From: Acidimicrobiales bacterium
Lineage (GTDB): Bacteria; Actinomycetota; Acidimicrobiia; Acidimicrobiales; Bog-793
Direction of reading: 5' to 3'
Assembly (NCBI GenBank): GCA_050010115.1
Contig: JBEKLQ010000001.1
Span: 5,091-69,090, forward strand
Length of the DNA stretch: 64,000 nt
Shown: positions 9,247 through 19,124 of the stretch, piece by piece
Position numbering within the stretch: position 1 is the first letter of the stretch
How the letters are laid out: every line of letters starts with the position of its first letter
Translations under genes and position numbers: made by a program
Notes under the pieces: generated by a model
Seen by the model: the letters and a program-made list of their open reading frames with translations, nothing else
Told to the model about the DNA's origin: nothing
Databases searched by the model: none

Positions 9247-9921
9247 CTACCCGAGGCGGTAGCCGACGCCTCTCAGGGTGGTGAGCGGGAGGTCGGGGCC
9301 GAGTTTCTTGCGGAGCTGGGCGATGTGCACGTCGACGGTTCGCTCGTCGCCGTACCAGCCGCTGCCCCAGGCTCCGTCGAGGAGTTGCTGGCGGCTCAAC
9401 ACGAAGCCCCGATTCGCAGCCAGCCACGCCAGCAGATCGAACTCGCGTGTCGTGAGCTGCACGAGCTGGCCATCGGCACGGACTTCTCTCCGGTCGAGGT
9501 CGATGACGACGTTGCCGATCTCGACGGTCGCCTGCTGGGTGGGGGAACGCTCTGTTCGTCTGAGCACGGCGCGGACGCGGGCCACGAGCTCGCGCGGTGA
9601 GAAGGGCTTCGTGAGGTAGTCGTCAGCGCCGAGCTCTAGCCCGAGGACTCGGTCGATCTCGTCGTCCCGGGCGGTGAGGAACAGCAAGGGGAGGTCGCTC
9701 TCGGCTCTGACAGTGCGACAGACATCGTACCCGTCGCGGTCGCCTGGGAGGCCTATGTCGAGGATCACCATGCGCGGGCGCTCCTGCCGGATGAGCTCGA
9801 GGCCGCGGTCGGCGTCCCCGGCCGTCAACACACGCCAGCCCTCTCGGCGGAGGTACAGGTCGACGAGGTCGGCGATGTTGCCGTCATCCTCGATGACGAT
9901 GATCGTGCCAGTCTCTGTCAC
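9247..9921 (-). CDS. Winged-helix (OmpR/PhoB family) response regulator
   Basis: IIVIEDDGNIADLVDLYLRREGW...MVILDIGLPGDRDGYDVCR...DDYLTKPFSPRELVARV; C-terminal wHTH with RTVDVHIAQLRKKLG...LTTLRGVGYRLG. Confidence 0.95.
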   Translation of the reverse strand: MTETGTIIVIEDDGNIADLVDLYLRREGWRVLTAGDADRGLELIRQERPRMVILDIGLPGDRDGYDVCRTVRAESDLPLLFLTARDDEIDRVLGLELGADDYLTKPFSPRELVARVRAVLRRTERSPTQQATVEIGNVVIDLDRREVRADGQLVQLTTREFDLLAWLAANRGFVLSRQQLLDGAWGSGWYGDERTVDVHIAQLRKKLGPDLPLTTLRGVGYRLG

Positions 9922-10044
9922 CGCCAGGTCTCCTCGTCTGTCGGGTGCGGTTGTGCCTCAGCCTCGCGCCGGCAAGCCCAGCGAGGCGGGACGATGCCCT
10001 CCTCACTGGGCTCGGGCTCGAGCCGGAGTGCGGTGCGGTCTCGC

Positions 10045-10581
10045 TCAGCTGCTGGCGGAAGACGCCGCCGGGGCTCGCGCCCACACGACGAGGGCATTGC
10101 CGCCGGCACCCTGGGCAAGGACGACGCGGTCACCGGACTTCAGCTGCGACTCCGGGAGACCCGGGAATCTCGTGGACGAGGTGATCGTGGCGCTGACGGT
10201 CGGGCCGTCAGGCCGGACGATCGAGATCGACGTGGACGAGTCCGACTTGAGCGAGCCCTTGTCGATGTCCAGGGTCTTGTAGCCCTGGGCGGTGTCGACG
10301 ATCAAGTTGGCGTGGACGGTGTGGAGAACCAGCCAGATGACGTCCTGGCGAAGCTGGCCCCGGCTCACGTTGGCTCCACCGAGGATCGTCGAGGAGGCGC
10401 TCGCCGCGCTCGCCGTACTCAACTGCGCCGAGGGTGCCGGGGCCGGCGCGGCCGACGGCGTGGTGGCCATGGCGACTCCGCCGGCGGCGAGCGCGATCAC
10501 GACGGCTCCACCGGTCATAGCGAGCAGCCTGGCCTTCAGTGAGTGCTTGGACTGCATGGTTTCTCTCCTCCTACCTGGCAA
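10045..10581 (-). CDS. Small predicted exported protein of unknown function
   Basis: 178 aa; likely signal sequence (LLAMTGGAVVIALAAGGVAMATTPSAAP); Ser/Ala/Pro-rich linker; co-directional and just upstream of the response regulator/kinase pair. Confidence 0.6.
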   Translation of the reverse strand: MPGRRRETMQSKHSLKARLLAMTGGAVVIALAAGGVAMATTPSAAPAPAPSAQLSTASAASASSTILGGANVSRGQLRQDVIWLVLHTVHANLIVDTAQGYKTLDIDKGSLKSDSSTSISIVRPDGPTVSATITSSTRFPGLPESQLKSGDRVVLAQGAGGNALVVWARAPAASSASS

Positions 10582-10753
10582 GGCCAGGATCGTTCGTTGG
10601 TGATCTCAATTCCAAACCTCTGGCGTGATGTGGTCGTGAGCGAACTGTTAGGGCTGTGTTAGCCGTGGGCGGGAACGAGCCGGTAATCGCCTCACCGTTC
10701 GATCGCCTCCGGCACCGCTTGGGCCGGCCGTCGCCGGGACCCGAGCCGGTACC

Positions 10754-13654
10754 GTGTCGGACGATGCCGTCGGAAACCACGTGATCGCCACCGAGGACCT
10801 TGCCGCCGGCTCCACGTCACTGCTGGTCGGGCTCGATGTCACGTTCGTGCCGGGCGATCCGCCTCGGGCCGGCAGCTACGCCGTGTTCCGGGCGGGCGGC
10901 ACCGAACGTTCTGGTGCCGTCGACGACCAGCTGGCGGCTCTCGGCGAGCTGGGCAGCATCGAGCTCGTCCTTCCGGCCGGCAAGTCCGTTCGCCGGAGGC
11001 GCGTCACCGCCGCCCTCCTGCCCACTGCGACCGCGCTCCCGCTCTTGCTCGACCTCGAAGACACTCCGGCCACGACGTCTTCAGCGAGGATCTGGAGTGC
11101 CGTACTGACCGCAGGCATCGGCTTGATCGCCAGGGGCCGCCTCCATCCGGCCGTGAGCTCGAGCGGTGCCGATACGTGGCGTGCCGGCCCGCTCGACCCT
11201 GCCGACCACCGGCTCGCAGACGAGCTCGGGGCCGCCATGCCGCCGCTCGCGCATGCGGTCCCACTGGCGTCCTCCGGGCCGCTCAGGGTGCACTCGGTGG
11301 AGTGGCTCGTCAGGGCGGCCTGGGACGCACTCGCCGACACGCTGCCGCGGACTTCAGCAGCTGCAACGGCCAGCGGTTCGGCAATGTTCGCCGCTACGGA
11401 GGCGACGCCGGCGACCGGGCTGCGCTCCTGGCTCGCCGAGGCATCTGCCGGTCTCGACGGCGGGGCGAGCTTCGCCCTGCGCATCCAGCTCGGCGATTCC
11501 ATCGAGCCTCAGTCGAGGGGCGCGCTCCAGATCACCAGCACGGCCGATCCGAGCCTCGTCGTGGACGCTGCCGACTTGTTCTCCATGCCGGCGGCCGTGC
11601 TCGCCCGCTTTGGCGCCGACACCGAGCGCGATCTCCTACTGGCGCTCCGCCGCGGCGCAAGAGCCTGGCGACCGATCGGCTCCCTCCTCAGCCAACGTGT
11701 CCCGGATTCGCTCCCGCTCGACGACGACCTGCTCGCCGAGCTCATCCTCGACGGCGCGAGCGAGCTCGAGAGCGCCGGCATCTCGGTGCTGTGGCCGGCC
11801 GAGCTGCTCACCGGCGGGCTTGCCCTCCGGGCGGCTGTCACGCCGGTTCCGGCCGCAGTGGTGGCGGCGGGCTTGGATCTCGGGGCACTGCTCGAGTTCA
11901 GGTTCGAGCTGACCGTCGGCGGCGAGGCACTCAGTGCTGAAGAGATCGACCTGCTTGCCGAAGCAAAGCGCGGCCTGGTCCGGATCCGAGGTCGCTTCAT
12001 CGCCGTAGATGCCGCCATGATCGCCAAGGCCCAGGCGCGCCAGGCGCGGCGGATCACGGCAGCCGAAGCCCTCGGCGCGTTGCTCGGCGGGAAGCTGGAG
12101 GTTGACGGTGAGCTCGTCGACGTCGTCACCGACGGTCCGGTAGCCGAACTGGCCGACCGGCTCCGGGGCCTGTCGGCGGGCGCACTGGAGGGACTCTCGC
12201 CACCCGAAGGTCTCATCGCCGAGCTGAGGCCGTACCAGATGCGCGGCGTGACCTGGCTCGTGGGCATGTGCGAGCTCGGCCTCGGCGGCTGCCTCGCCGA
12301 CGACATGGGGCTCGGCAAGACGGTCCAAGTGATCGCTCTCCACCTGCACCGCCACGGCGAATCGGCTCGAGGTCGAGGCGGCGAACGAGACGCGCCTACC
12401 CCGACGCTCGTCGTCTGCCCGACGTCGCTGCTCGGCAACTGGGAGCGTGAGCTGCAGAAGTTCGCCCCCACGGTGCCGGTGCGCCGCTTCCACGGTGGAG
12501 ACCGTCATCTCGACGATCTCGCCACCGGCGAGGTCGTGCTCACCACGTACGGCATCTTGAGGAGGGAGAGGGTGGCGCTGGGGGAGGCGGGTTTTGAGCT
12601 GGTGGTCGCCGACGAGGCACAACACGCGAAGAACCCGCTCTCCGATACGGCGAAGGCGCTTCGTTCCGTGCCCGCCCAGGCGAGGGTCGCCCTCACCGGG
12701 ACGCCGGTCGAGAACCGGCTGACCGAGCTGTGGTCGATCCTCGACTGGACGACGCCGGGGCTCCTCGGGCCGCTCGAGCGCTTCCGGCGGACCGTCGCCG
12801 TCGCAATCGAGCGCAACCGTGACGCCGAGGCGACCGATCGCTTGTCGAACGCCGTTCGGCCCTTCGTGCTTCGCCGGCGCAAGACCGATCCGGCGATCGC
12901 GCCGGACCTCCCCGAACGAACCGTTACGGACCTCGCCGTGCCGCTCACGACCGAGCAGGTCTCGCTCTACGAGGCCGAGGTCCGCGAGGCGCTCGAGGCG
13001 ATCGCCAAGAAGGACGGGATCGCTCGCCAGGGCCTAGTGCTCCGTCTGCTCACCGTGCTGAAGCAGATCTGCAACCACCCGGCTCAGTACCTGCATCAGC
13101 CGGGGCCACTGCCGGGCCGCTCGGGCAAGCTGGTTGCCCTGGAGGAATTGCTCGACGTCATCGTGGGGGCCGGCGACTCGGTCCTCGTCTTCAGCCAATT
13201 CGTGGAGATGTGCTCCCTCATCGAGGCCCACCTCGCCACGCTCCGGATCCCGACGCTGTTCCTCCACGGCGGCGTGCCAGCCCGCAAGCGTGACGAGATG
13301 GTGGCGAACTTCCAGGCCGGCGCCGTCCCGGTGTTCCTCCTGTCGCTCAAAGCCGGCGGCGTCGGCCTCAACCTCACGCAGGCGACGCACGTCATCCACT
13401 ACGACCGCTGGTGGAACCCTGCCGTCGAGGACCAGGCGAGCGACCGGGCGCACCGCATAGGCCAGCGGCGAGCGGTGCAGATCCACCGGCTCGTGTGCGA
13501 AGGCACCCTCGAGGACCGGATCGCCGCGCTCCTCGAAGCCAAGCGTTCCCTCGCCGAATCCGTCGTCGGCCAAGGTGAGGCGTGGATCGGCGACCTGAGC
13601 GACGCGGAGCTGGCGGCGCTCGTGCGTCTCGGGACCGCCGGCGGTGACCCATGA
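10754..13654 (+). CDS. SNF2-family (SWI2/SNF2) DEAD-like helicase
   Basis: LRPYQMRGVTWLVGM...DDMGLGKTVQVIAL, VVADEAQHAKNP, ALTGTPVENRLTELWSILD, VFSQFVEMCSLIEAHL, THVIHYDRWWNPAVEDQASDRAHRIGQ. Confidence 0.95.
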   Translation: MSDDAVGNHVIATEDLAAGSTSLLVGLDVTFVPGDPPRAGSYAVFRAGGTERSGAVDDQLAALGELGSIELVLPAGKSVRRRRVTAALLPTATALPLLLDLEDTPATTSSARIWSAVLTAGIGLIARGRLHPAVSSSGADTWRAGPLDPADHRLADELGAAMPPLAHAVPLASSGPLRVHSVEWLVRAAWDALADTLPRTSAAATASGSAMFAATEATPATGLRSWLAEASAGLDGGASFALRIQLGDSIEPQSRGALQITSTADPSLVVDAADLFSMPAAVLARFGADTERDLLLALRRGARAWRPIGSLLSQRVPDSLPLDDDLLAELILDGASELESAGISVLWPAELLTGGLALRAAVTPVPAAVVAAGLDLGALLEFRFELTVGGEALSAEEIDLLAEAKRGLVRIRGRFIAVDAAMIAKAQARQARRITAAEALGALLGGKLEVDGELVDVVTDGPVAELADRLRGLSAGALEGLSPPEGLIAELRPYQMRGVTWLVGMCELGLGGCLADDMGLGKTVQVIALHLHRHGESARGRGGERDAPTPTLVVCPTSLLGNWERELQKFAPTVPVRRFHGGDRHLDDLATGEVVLTTYGILRRERVALGEAGFELVVADEAQHAKNPLSDTAKALRSVPAQARVALTGTPVENRLTELWSILDWTTPGLLGPLERFRRTVAVAIERNRDAEATDRLSNAVRPFVLRRRKTDPAIAPDLPERTVTDLAVPLTTEQVSLYEAEVREALEAIAKKDGIARQGLVLRLLTVLKQICNHPAQYLHQPGPLPGRSGKLVALEELLDVIVGAGDSVLVFSQFVEMCSLIEAHLATLRIPTLFLHGGVPARKRDEMVANFQAGAVPVFLLSLKAGGVGLNLTQATHVIHYDRWWNPAVEDQASDRAHRIGQRRAVQIHRLVCEGTLEDRIAALLEAKRSLAESVVGQGEAWIGDLSDAELAALVRLGTAGGDP

Positions 13655-14973
13655 GCTGGTACCCGCCCAAGCCCAAGCGCCGGCCCGGCTCCGGTCCTTG
13701 GCGCTCTGCCGGCAAACGCCCGTTTGGCGCCACCTGGTGGGGCAAAGCGTGGGTGGACGCACTCGAGCAGCGTGCCCGGCTCGATCCGAACCGGCTGCCG
13801 CGAGGCCGTACCTATGCCCGGACTGGCGCAGTCGGCGACCTTGAGATCGGGCTCGGACAGATCGTGGCTGCCGTGCAGGGCTCCCGGGCCAAGCCGTACA
13901 AGGTGACCGTGAGGGTGCGGGCGTACACCCCGCAGGAGTGGGAGCGGACCCTGGCGGCGCTCGCGAGCCAGGTGGGGCACCTCGCCGCCTTGCTCGACGG
14001 GGAGCTGCCGCCCGGCGTCGCTGACGACCTCGCCGCCGCCGGGCTCGACCTGTTGCCGGTGGCGGGCGAGGTGCAGCCGCGCTGCTCGTGCCCGGACTGG
14101 GCCGAGCCGTGCAAGCACTCGGCGGCCGTGTGCTACCTCGTGGCGGACACTCTCGATGCCGACCCGTTCCAGCTCTTCGTGTTGCGAGGAAAGGAGCGTG
14201 AGTCGCTGCTGGCTGGCCTTCGCGCTCGCCGAGCGGCGGCGATCGCGGCCAATGCGGCAGCACCCGGCGCGTCCGGAACCGCTGGCCGTGTGAGTGGCGG
14301 GGGTATCGAACCGGACGTTTCGGCGTCGTGGGGGCAGGATGCCGGCGTGGGCGCCAAGCAGGCCTGGGAGCGGTGGGCTGCGAGCCACTCCGACGGGCTG
14401 CAGAGCCAGCTTCATCCGACGATCCCGGCAGTCCCCCTTCCGCCGGCCAAGCCGGGACGGCCGACCGTCCTGGCGACCGATCCGCCGGAAGGATCGGGGC
14501 TCACCGCGGACGCGCTGCTGGGCCTCGCCGCCGACGCCGTACAACGCGCTTGGGAGATCGCCCACGGCGAGCGGAGCACCGGGCTCGAACTGAGCGCCGG
14601 TCAGGACCTCGCCCGGCGGGCTGCAGCGACGCTGGCGCACGGCTCGACCACTCACGACCTGCCTGAGCTCGCCCGCGCCGCCGGCATCCCAGCCCGCGAG
14701 CTCTTGCGGCAGGCGCTCGCCTGGCGGGACGGCGGACCGGAGGGCTTGGCGGTGCTGCTCGAGACCTGGGACCCACCGGCCGCAGCCATGGCGGGCGCCC
14801 GCGACCTGCTCGGCCAGCCCGCGACCATCCGCCGCAACCGGGCCACGATCGAGGATCGCCAGCTACGGTTGGGCCGGGACGGGCGTTGGTACCCGTACCG
14901 CCGCGCAGGTCGGGCTGGCTCGGCTTGGGACCCTGATGGCCTCCCGATCGACGAGGGCGATCACGACCGGTGA
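13651..14973 (+). CDS. SWIM zinc-finger domain protein
   Basis: Start overlaps the SNF2 stop by 4 nt; CSCPDWAEPCKHSAAVCYLVAD matches the CxCx(n)CxH SWIM pattern. Confidence 0.88.
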   Translation: MSWYPPKPKRRPGSGPWRSAGKRPFGATWWGKAWVDALEQRARLDPNRLPRGRTYARTGAVGDLEIGLGQIVAAVQGSRAKPYKVTVRVRAYTPQEWERTLAALASQVGHLAALLDGELPPGVADDLAAAGLDLLPVAGEVQPRCSCPDWAEPCKHSAAVCYLVADTLDADPFQLFVLRGKERESLLAGLRARRAAAIAANAAAPGASGTAGRVSGGGIEPDVSASWGQDAGVGAKQAWERWAASHSDGLQSQLHPTIPAVPLPPAKPGRPTVLATDPPEGSGLTADALLGLAADAVQRAWEIAHGERSTGLELSAGQDLARRAAATLAHGSTTHDLPELARAAGIPARELLRQALAWRDGGPEGLAVLLETWDPPAAAMAGARDLLGQPATIRRNRATIEDRQLRLGRDGRWYPYRRAGRAGSAWDPDGLPIDEGDHDR

Positions 14974-14976
14974 GGT

Positions 14977-16407
14977 TCAGCCTCGCAGTGAGCGCCTGAC
15001 CTCGAGCTTCTTCGAGACCCCAGCTGCGCCTTTGTACAGCAGCTCTGCCGGCCCCAGCTCGTCGGGCCGGCAGAGGTTCGCCATGACCCGGAGAACCGTC
15101 GACATGAGCGGCTTGGAGTACATCCCGGCGCCGACCATCCCACGCATGAGCGTCGGGTTGCCGATCACCTTCACAAAACCTCGCGCCACCGCGTAGTACC
15201 GCCCGTACTCGGATTGCAGCCGCTGCTCGTAGGCCTCGAGGGTGTATCGGTCCGGCCGCTCCAAGACGTTGGCGATTGTGTCGGCAGCAAATCGCCCCGT
15301 CTCGTAGCCATAGGCGATTCCCTCGCCGTTGAAGGGGTTGATGGCACCGATGGCGTCGCCCGTCATCACGAAGTCGCCGCCCACCCGGGGGCCTACAGCC
15401 AGCCCCATCGGCAGCCGGCCACCCGTCGGGACGCTGCAGGCGGTCGAGGGGGAGATGCACCAGGACTTCGGGGCGAAGTCGACGAACTGCTCCAGCAACT
15501 TGGTCGTGTTGAGGCCCTTCCAGCGCTCCGTCGTGGACAGCAGGCCGATACCGACGTTCACCCGCCCGTCGCCGAGGGGGAAGATCCAGCCGTAGCCGGG
15601 CACGACGTTGCCCTCGCGGTCACGGATGTCGAGGTGGGACTCGATGAACGCGTCGTCGTGGCGCGGTGACCGGAAGTAGCCCCGGATCGCCATGCCTTGG
15701 GGGTAGGACTTGTTCCTCGAGGCGCCGAGCGCCCGCCCGAACCGGGACAGCGAACCGTCGGCCACGATGACGTACTTCGCGTGGACCTCGGTGCGGGTGC
15801 CCCGGTCCTTGTCGACGACGATGGCGCCGCCGGCGCGGCGGGTGGTCGTGCCGGTCGCGCCGGCGGGGCCGTCTGCGGTCCCGCCGGCGGTGCCGTCTGC
15901 GGTGCCGTCTGCGGAACCGTCTGCGGGCCTGGTCTCCAGCGGGGCGACCGCTTCGGCTCCCTGCCAGACAGTGGCACCCGCCTTCTCGGCCTGCTCGCAG
16001 ACGAGCCCGTCGAGATCGAACCGGGTCACCGTGTACCCGTAGGACGGGTAGTCGGGGTGCGCGGGCCACGACATCTCGAACTCCCGGCCGAACGCGACCG
16101 AGCGGAGGCCGGTGTGCCGGTGACGGCCGGCGAGCGCGCTCTCCAGGCCCATGTCCTGGAGCTGGCGGACCGACCTCGGGGTCAGGCCGTCGCCGCAGGT
16201 CTTCTCGCGGGGGAAGTGCTTCTTCTCGATGCACAGGACGTCGACGCCACGGTCCGCGAGCCAGTACGCCGCTGCCGAGCCGCTCGGGCCGCCGCCAACC
16301 ACGAGGACGTCGCAGCGGTGCTCGGCGGGGCGGGGTGGGTGGAGTCCTTCGGGCTTCGCCACAACTCGAATATTAGGGGAGCGAGGCGGGGGATCCGGGC
16401 TCGCCAC
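14977..16407 (-). CDS. Geranylgeranyl reductase family FAD-dependent oxidoreductase (possible menaquinone reductase)
   Basis: CDVLVVGGGPSGSAAAYWLADRGVDVLCIEKKHFPREKTCGDGLTPRSV...; FVMTGDAIGAINPFNGEGIAYGYETGRFAA. Start not certain. Confidence 0.85.
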   Translation of the reverse strand: MASPDPPPRSPNIRVVAKPEGLHPPRPAEHRCDVLVVGGGPSGSAAAYWLADRGVDVLCIEKKHFPREKTCGDGLTPRSVRQLQDMGLESALAGRHRHTGLRSVAFGREFEMSWPAHPDYPSYGYTVTRFDLDGLVCEQAEKAGATVWQGAEAVAPLETRPADGSADGTADGTAGGTADGPAGATGTTTRRAGGAIVVDKDRGTRTEVHAKYVIVADGSLSRFGRALGASRNKSYPQGMAIRGYFRSPRHDDAFIESHLDIRDREGNVVPGYGWIFPLGDGRVNVGIGLLSTTERWKGLNTTKLLEQFVDFAPKSWCISPSTACSVPTGGRLPMGLAVGPRVGGDFVMTGDAIGAINPFNGEGIAYGYETGRFAADTIANVLERPDRYTLEAYEQRLQSEYGRYYAVARGFVKVIGNPTLMRGMVGAGMYSKPLMSTVLRVMANLCRPDELGPAELLYKGAAGVSKKLEVRRSLRG

Positions 16408-16481
16408 GGGAGCAGGCCGACCGCGTAGTGTGGCCGGTGCTCGGCACGCGCTGAGCGAAGGAGGAGCGAAGGAGCCGGGAC

Positions 16482-18518
16482 ATGGCCGCGCTTTCGAGCA
16501 ACCACTCCGGCGGAGGGCAGGACCGCCGCCCGACGAGACACGCCGCCGGCAGGCTCAAGGGCGGGCTCACCATCGGGCTGAGCGTCGCGACGCTCATGGC
16601 GACGGCGGCACCGGCGGGGGCGGCGAGCACCTGGTCGGTGACCGCCATCTCGCCCGCGCCCCCCTACGCGCTGAGGAGCGAGATCGCCGGGATCTCATGC
16701 CCGTCGCCGGCGCTGTGCGTGGCGGTCACCCAGAACGGTGAGATCCTGACGTCGACCGACCCGACCTCGAGCGGCACCTGGGAAGCGGCGCATGTCGATG
16801 GCAACCGTAGCTTCGACGCCGTGTCGTGCCCGTCGACGAAGCTGTGCGTGGCCGTGGACGATCACGGCAGCGTCGCCACCTCCACCAGCCCGGTGGCTGG
16901 AGCTTGGGTGCTCGCGGCCGACGGTTTCGTCGGAACCGCGATCTCGTGCCCGACCACGAAGCTGTGCGTGGCGGGGGCCGGCGGGTCGATCTACACGTCG
17001 GCGGCGCCGGCGGGCGGCCCGAGCGCCTGGTCGGGGGTAGCCGTCGACGGCCCGCGGTACATCGCCTCGTTGTCCTGCCCATCGAAGTCGCTGTGCGTAG
17101 CGGGTGACGACGACGGCAACGTGCTCGATTCGGTGGATCCGGAGGCGGGGGAGTGGTCGGTCACGCCGGTCGACGGGACTGACCCCGTGACGGCGATGTC
17201 CTGCCTGGCCAGCTCGCGTTGCACCGGGACGGATCTGAACGGCGACGTGCTGACCTCCACGGCTCCCACCGGCGGGACGAGCGCCTGGACGGTCACGCAG
17301 GTCGACACGTCCGGCGGGCACGCAGTGGCGCTCGAATCGATGGCGTGCCCCACCAAGACACTGTGCGTAGCCGGCGACGTCGAGGGCGACGTGGTGACGT
17401 CGGCGCACCCATGGGCGACCAAGCCCGCCTGGGTGGTCACTGACCTCGGGGTGGCGCCCATCTACTCGATCGCCTGCGCATCCGCGACCGCATGCGCCGG
17501 CGGCGACGCCGCCGGGGACGTCGTGGCGTCGGCCAGCCCGGCCGGAGGATCGAGCGCCTGGGTCGTCACGACAGGAACCGACGACACGTACCCGATCGAT
17601 GCGATGTCGTGCGCCAAGGCGACGCTGTGCGCCGGGGTCGACTGGTTCGGGGACGTCATCACCTCGATCAACCCGACCGGCGGCGCCGGCGCCTGGACCG
17701 TCCGCAGCATCGATGTCCATTCTGGCGAGTACTACGAGCTCACCGGCGTCTCCTGCCCGGCGTCGACCCTGTGCGTGGCGGTGGACGCGCTCGGCGAAGC
17801 GCTCACCTCGACCGCTCCGGCGGATGCGGCGCAGCCGTGGTCAACCGTCGGCATCGCCGAGGGGCGGACACTCACCGGGATCTCCTGCCCGTCGAAGCGA
17901 CTCTGCGTCGCCGTCGACGGTGACGGCGACATCGTCACTTCGACGAACCCGGCGGCGGGGTCGAAAGCCAAGTGGGTCATGGACGACTTCGTCGACCCGG
18001 CCGGCGATATCGCGGCCATCTCCTGCGCCAGCCCGACGATGTGCGTCGCCGTTGACTACCGCGGCGATGTGCTGACCTCGAGCGACCCGACCGGCGGAGC
18101 CAGCGCCTGGGTGGTGGCCACGGGTGCCGATACGAGCGCGCTCGACTCGGTGTCGTGCCCGAGCACCAAGCTGTGCGTGGCCGCGGACGCCGATGGCGGC
18201 GTGATCACGTCCACCGACCCGACCGGCGGCGCCGGCGAATGGGCCCGGACGGACGTGGACGGCGACAACTACCTGTTCACCGTCTCCTGTGCCGGCGCCA
18301 AAGCGTGCACCGCCGGTGACGACGAGGGTGATGTCGTGACCTCGGCCGACCCCGTGGGCGGCTCAGGCGCGTGGACGGCGACAAACGTCGACGGCAACAA
18401 TTGGGTGCTGGGCCTGTCGTGCCCGACCTCCACGATGTGCGCGGGCGGCGACAATGCCTACGACGTGTTGACGAGCTCGTCAGCTGCCGCGCTCCGAGCA
18501 GCCGGGAACCGGGCCTGA
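16482..18518 (+). CDS. Predicted exported repeat protein with 14 cysteine-containing repeats
   Basis: Signal-like N-terminus (LTIGLSVATLMATAAPAGAASTW); 14 occurrences of a [SA]C[PA]xxxxCxAxDxxGxVxTSxxPxxGxxAWxV unit about 40-48 aa long. Confidence 0.8.
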   Translation: MAALSSNHSGGGQDRRPTRHAAGRLKGGLTIGLSVATLMATAAPAGAASTWSVTAISPAPPYALRSEIAGISCPSPALCVAVTQNGEILTSTDPTSSGTWEAAHVDGNRSFDAVSCPSTKLCVAVDDHGSVATSTSPVAGAWVLAADGFVGTAISCPTTKLCVAGAGGSIYTSAAPAGGPSAWSGVAVDGPRYIASLSCPSKSLCVAGDDDGNVLDSVDPEAGEWSVTPVDGTDPVTAMSCLASSRCTGTDLNGDVLTSTAPTGGTSAWTVTQVDTSGGHAVALESMACPTKTLCVAGDVEGDVVTSAHPWATKPAWVVTDLGVAPIYSIACASATACAGGDAAGDVVASASPAGGSSAWVVTTGTDDTYPIDAMSCAKATLCAGVDWFGDVITSINPTGGAGAWTVRSIDVHSGEYYELTGVSCPASTLCVAVDALGEALTSTAPADAAQPWSTVGIAEGRTLTGISCPSKRLCVAVDGDGDIVTSTNPAAGSKAKWVMDDFVDPAGDIAAISCASPTMCVAVDYRGDVLTSSDPTGGASAWVVATGADTSALDSVSCPSTKLCVAADADGGVITSTDPTGGAGEWARTDVDGDNYLFTVSCAGAKACTAGDDEGDVVTSADPVGGSGAWTATNVDGNNWVLGLSCPTSTMCAGGDNAYDVLTSSSAAALRAAGNRA

Positions 18519-18580
18519 CCGAAGAAACCCCGCCTCTGATGTGACCGGCCGCGAAGGCGCGTGGTAGAACCGACCGCGCC

Positions 18581-19108
18581 ATGGGCAGCCTGGACAGCTA
18601 CCTTCCCATCTTCTTCATGATCGTGCTCGGCGCCGCCTTCGCGGGGCTTTCGCTCGTCGCGTCCAAACTCCTCGCCCCCCAGCGGCCGACTGCCGCCAAA
18701 GAGGCGCCGTACGAGTGTGGGATCGTGCCCGAACATGAGCCTGCCAAGCGGTTCCCCGTGCGCTTCTACCTCGTGGCGATGATCTTCATCGTCTTCGATA
18801 TCGAGGTGATCTTCCTGTTCCCATGGGCGGTCGTGGCGGGGCAGCTCGGGCGTTTTGGCCTGGCGGAGATCGTCGTGTTCGCCGCCGCCGTGTTCATCTC
18901 CTTCGTCTACCTGATCTCGAATGGAGCCTTGGACTGGGGCCCGATCAAGCGGGTACAGCCAATAGGGTCCGAGGCTCGGACTGCGGCGTCCACCGTCCGG
19001 CGGGTCCCCCCAGCGGGGCCGCGCGGCCCGGCCGGCGCCCCGGGTGACGACGTCGAGCCGATCGAACCTGCGCCTGCTGCCGGCTCGCCCGGCGGCGAAG
19101 CCGCCTGA
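18581..19108 (+). CDS. nuoA: NADH-quinone oxidoreductase subunit A
   Basis: [46 protein letters not shown]. Confidence 0.93.
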   Translation: MGSLDSYLPIFFMIVLGAAFAGLSLVASKLLAPQRPTAAKEAPYECGIVPEHEPAKRFPVRFYLVAMIFIVFDIEVIFLFPWAVVAGQLGRFGLAEIVVFAAAVFISFVYLISNGALDWGPIKRVQPIGSEARTAASTVRRVPPAGPRGPAGAPGDDVEPIEPAPAAGSPGGEAA

Positions 19109-19124
19109 GGCGAGGAGGCGAGAC

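Noticed and set aside
11636-12625. 329-aa minus-strand ORF within the SNF2 helicase gene
   Set aside because: The plus strand has full helicase motifs in this interval; the antisense ORF lacks any domain signature.
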